Below are positions 35,372 to 37,261 of a DNA stretch of 37,261 nucleotides, in pieces. Every line of letters starts with the position of its first letter. Positions within the stretch are counted from its first letter, which is position 1. The translations under genes and the position numbers were made by a program. The notes beneath the pieces were generated by a model. That model had not been told where the DNA came from. It worked only from the letters and a program-made list of their open reading frames with translations, and made no database searches. Source of the DNA: a virus (Duplodnaviria > Heunggongvirae > Uroviricota > Caudoviricetes); IMG/VR virus record IMGVR_UViG_2711768064_000001, positions 1-37,261 of that record, one strand, 5' to 3'.

Positions 35372-37261
35372 TTAATCGTGTTTTGGCCATACTTTCAATG
35401 CAATTTCCCCCAACTTTTTACCCCGCTCCAGGATTTCATCCTCATCCCATTTATCCTTAACTATAAGTGGAATGTTCAGTCGTAGATTGGTGTGGACGAT
35501 GAGAGCATCACGTTTTTTCAGAAATACAGCATTCTGAACAGAACGGTTTACGCTAAGGTTAAGCAAAGTTAGATTTCCCAAAGTAGCTATCGCTTGTTGC
35601 CGTTTCCATACCAGTAGCTGTTCAGGGGTAAGATCGGTTCCAGACAGAACAATTTGGTTCAATACCGTAGCATCTGAATTTGTCACCATACGACCATTTT
35701 CGAGAGGCCAACAGGAATACCAACTTTGAGGCATAAGATGATCGATATCGAGATTAGAAAGATTTGGAACATCAGGCTTTTCTGTCTTCACTTGGCGACA
35801 AAGTTCTCTTTCAAGTTCCGTTAACATTGAGCGCATTTTCGGTGCGTCGAGCCTGCCAGGATAAAGTGGAGCATTGATGCAAGCGTTGAGAAATTCTGAG
35901 TCACCAGGCCAACGTGAGGCTTCGCCATTTAAGTTATTGAGGATATTACGTAACTCAACACTGGAAATTTCCGTTTTAGCCAAGTGCCGCAATACATTCA
36001 TAAATACATTGTTGTAATTCTTTGGCGTCAGGCCACATACGGCTCTTCGTACTACGTAGGAGACAAGATCATTATACATGGCTGCTTTCTCATCATCAGC
36101 GATGTTAGCTATCGAAATGAACAAAGCAAGCGGATAAAGTGTCGTCACATCATAGTCTGCGATGCGATATCCAAAGTGTGAGATGGGGGTTGTGCCAAAA
36201 CCATCAACCAGTTCTTTATATTGTAATGCATATTGTTTGAGACGCTTTACTTGCAGATCTGCTCGTTGTGAAGACAAGTCCTTACTTACATAATCACGAT
36301 ACTCATTGTAAAGGCGAGACAGATCAATTTCACGCTGCCTTTCTGATTGCAATGTCGCATGTACTAGCCACTCCATGCGTGGTTTATTAATACGTCCACG
36401 GCGTTGCTTTTCCGACCAGTATTTATCTTCAAAGCTCTTCCACTCATTTTCATATAATTCAATAGCATTAATATTTTCATGCTCAGCGCACATAAAGATA
36501 TAGTTGCGAATAAGATCCGTGGCATGAAGTTCCGCCCCTCGCCCATTTAATGTTTCAAAAATTATTTGGGCATCATCTTCAGCTTCGAGAAATATGCTTA
36601 CCAGTTTCAGATCTGTTAAGACAGCCTCAATTAGAGCTACAGCATTTTCTTGTGGTGAGTGGTTTTCTATTTTAATCCATTTTATAAAGGCTTCAGTAAA
36701 AAAACATAATGCTTCTAGTGATGGCGGGTGATTAAAATGCTTACGCAACGTACCATGCTGCGTGAAACTATCAGAGAATACGTCCCGGAGATCATCAATA
36801 TTTTCAACATTAAAACTTTGAATAAAATGAGTTTGATCCCGAAAAGTTGGCCATAGTTTGAAGCGTTCTACTTCTTTATTTCGCATTGTGTCTTCGTTTG
36901 AGTTTTTCAGGCAAGGCGAAATGAGAGCCTCTAAGCTGAAAAGATCCGTAGCACGTAATGCTAATCGGATGGATGCCAGAACATATTGAAGAGTGGCCAA
37001 TCGTTGCTGACCATCAATAATATGTATGGAATCTACACCTAATAATCCTTTTTTTGATTGAGGTTCCAGTACAACCGCACCAAGGAAATGGGGAGTTGGT
37101 TTTGTACCCGAGAGCCGGGATTGTGCTTTCTCTAGGATATCCTCCAGTAGAGCTGACCATTGGTCTTGCTGAGTCCATACATAGGCACGTTGATAGAATG
37201 GAACACAGTATTGTCGGCGGTCTTGAAAAAGTTGTTGGACAGTTAGCGTCTCGGATTTCAT
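35372..37261 (-). CDS. GmrSD-like type IV restriction protein (DUF262 N-terminal, DUF1524 C-terminal)
   Basis: N-terminal CVPFYQRAYVW...IIDGQQRL motif (DUF262); C-terminal DIDHLMPQSW motif (DUF1524/HNH-like); AT-rich; start codon at window edge. Confidence 0.8.
   Translation of the reverse strand: MKSETLTVQQLFQDRRQYCVPFYQRAYVWTQQDQWSALLEDILEKAQSRLSGTKPTPHFLGAVVLEPQSKKGLLGVDSIHIIDGQQRLATLQYVLASIRLALRATDLFSLEALISPCLKNSNEDTMRNKEVERFKLWPTFRDQTHFIQSFNVENIDDLRDVFSDSFTQHGTLRKHFNHPPSLEALCFFTEAFIKWIKIENHSPQENAVALIEAVLTDLKLVSIFLEAEDDAQIIFETLNGRGAELHATDLIRNYIFMCAEHENINAIELYENEWKSFEDKYWSEKQRRGRINKPRMEWLVHATLQSERQREIDLSRLYNEYRDYVSKDLSSQRADLQVKRLKQYALQYKELVDGFGTTPISHFGYRIADYDVTTLYPLALFISIANIADDEKAAMYNDLVSYVVRRAVCGLTPKNYNNVFMNVLRHLAKTEISSVELRNILNNLNGEASRWPGDSEFLNACINAPLYPGRLDAPKMRSMLTELERELCRQVKTEKPDVPNLSNLDIDHLMPQSWYSCWPLENGRMVTNSDATVLNQIVLSGTDLTPEQLLVWKRQQAIATLGNLTLLNLSVNRSVQNAVFLKKRDALIVHTNLRLNIPLIVKDKWDEDEILERGKKLGEIALKVWPKHD

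Larger units (their letters stand above)
1..37261. mobile_element. Mosaic temperate prophage (lambdoid regulation, HK97-like head, Mu-like contractile tail); both ends coincide with window edges so true boundaries are not visible
   Basis: Complete gene order integrase to tail fibre to invertase remnant; attachment site would lie beyond position 1. Confidence 0.85.

Noticed and set aside
1-37261. tRNA or rRNA genes
   Set aside because: No stretch with recognisable tRNA cloverleaf signature (conserved T-arm GTTCRANYC type motif with matching acceptor stem) or rRNA-like conservation was seen by eye; cannot fully exclude without a tRNA scan.

Overview
The whole window reads as one mosaic temperate prophage, starting exactly at the integrase stop codon (position 1) and ending at the start codon of a GmrSD-like gene (37261). 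Left to right: integrase/excisionase and early-left genes on the minus strand; a lambdoid immunity region (CI-like repressor, Cro/YdaS-like, CII/YdaT-like) with GTAC-containing operator palindromes; a replication gene with internal iterons; RusA, KilA-N, DUF968 and a Q-type antiterminator; a lysis cassette (two holin-like proteins, GH108 endolysin, nested spanins); HNH endonuclease plus small and large terminase, HK97-type portal, protease and capsid; then a Mu-like contractile tail module (sheath, tube, frameshifted chaperone, tape measure, DNA-circulation protein, baseplate, tail fibre) ending in a Gin/Pin-type invertible tail-fibre segment. Visibly AT-rich accessory islands sit at classic moron positions: (i) a structured GC-rich non-coding tract followed by a mini-operon with a SieB-like membrane protein and three small proline-rich ORFs, beside the repressor; (ii) a 282-aa protein with a PD-(D/E)xK-like motif between Q and the holin; (iii) Rha, a very acidic small protein and a glycine-zipper membrane protein between lysis and packaging; (iv) a PH-domain-like protein with its own promoter and terminator inside the tail operon; (v) a DUF262/DUF1524 (GmrSD-like) gene next to a 42-codon invertase remnant. 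All calls rest on reading the sequence and remembered family signatures; no database search or folding was run.
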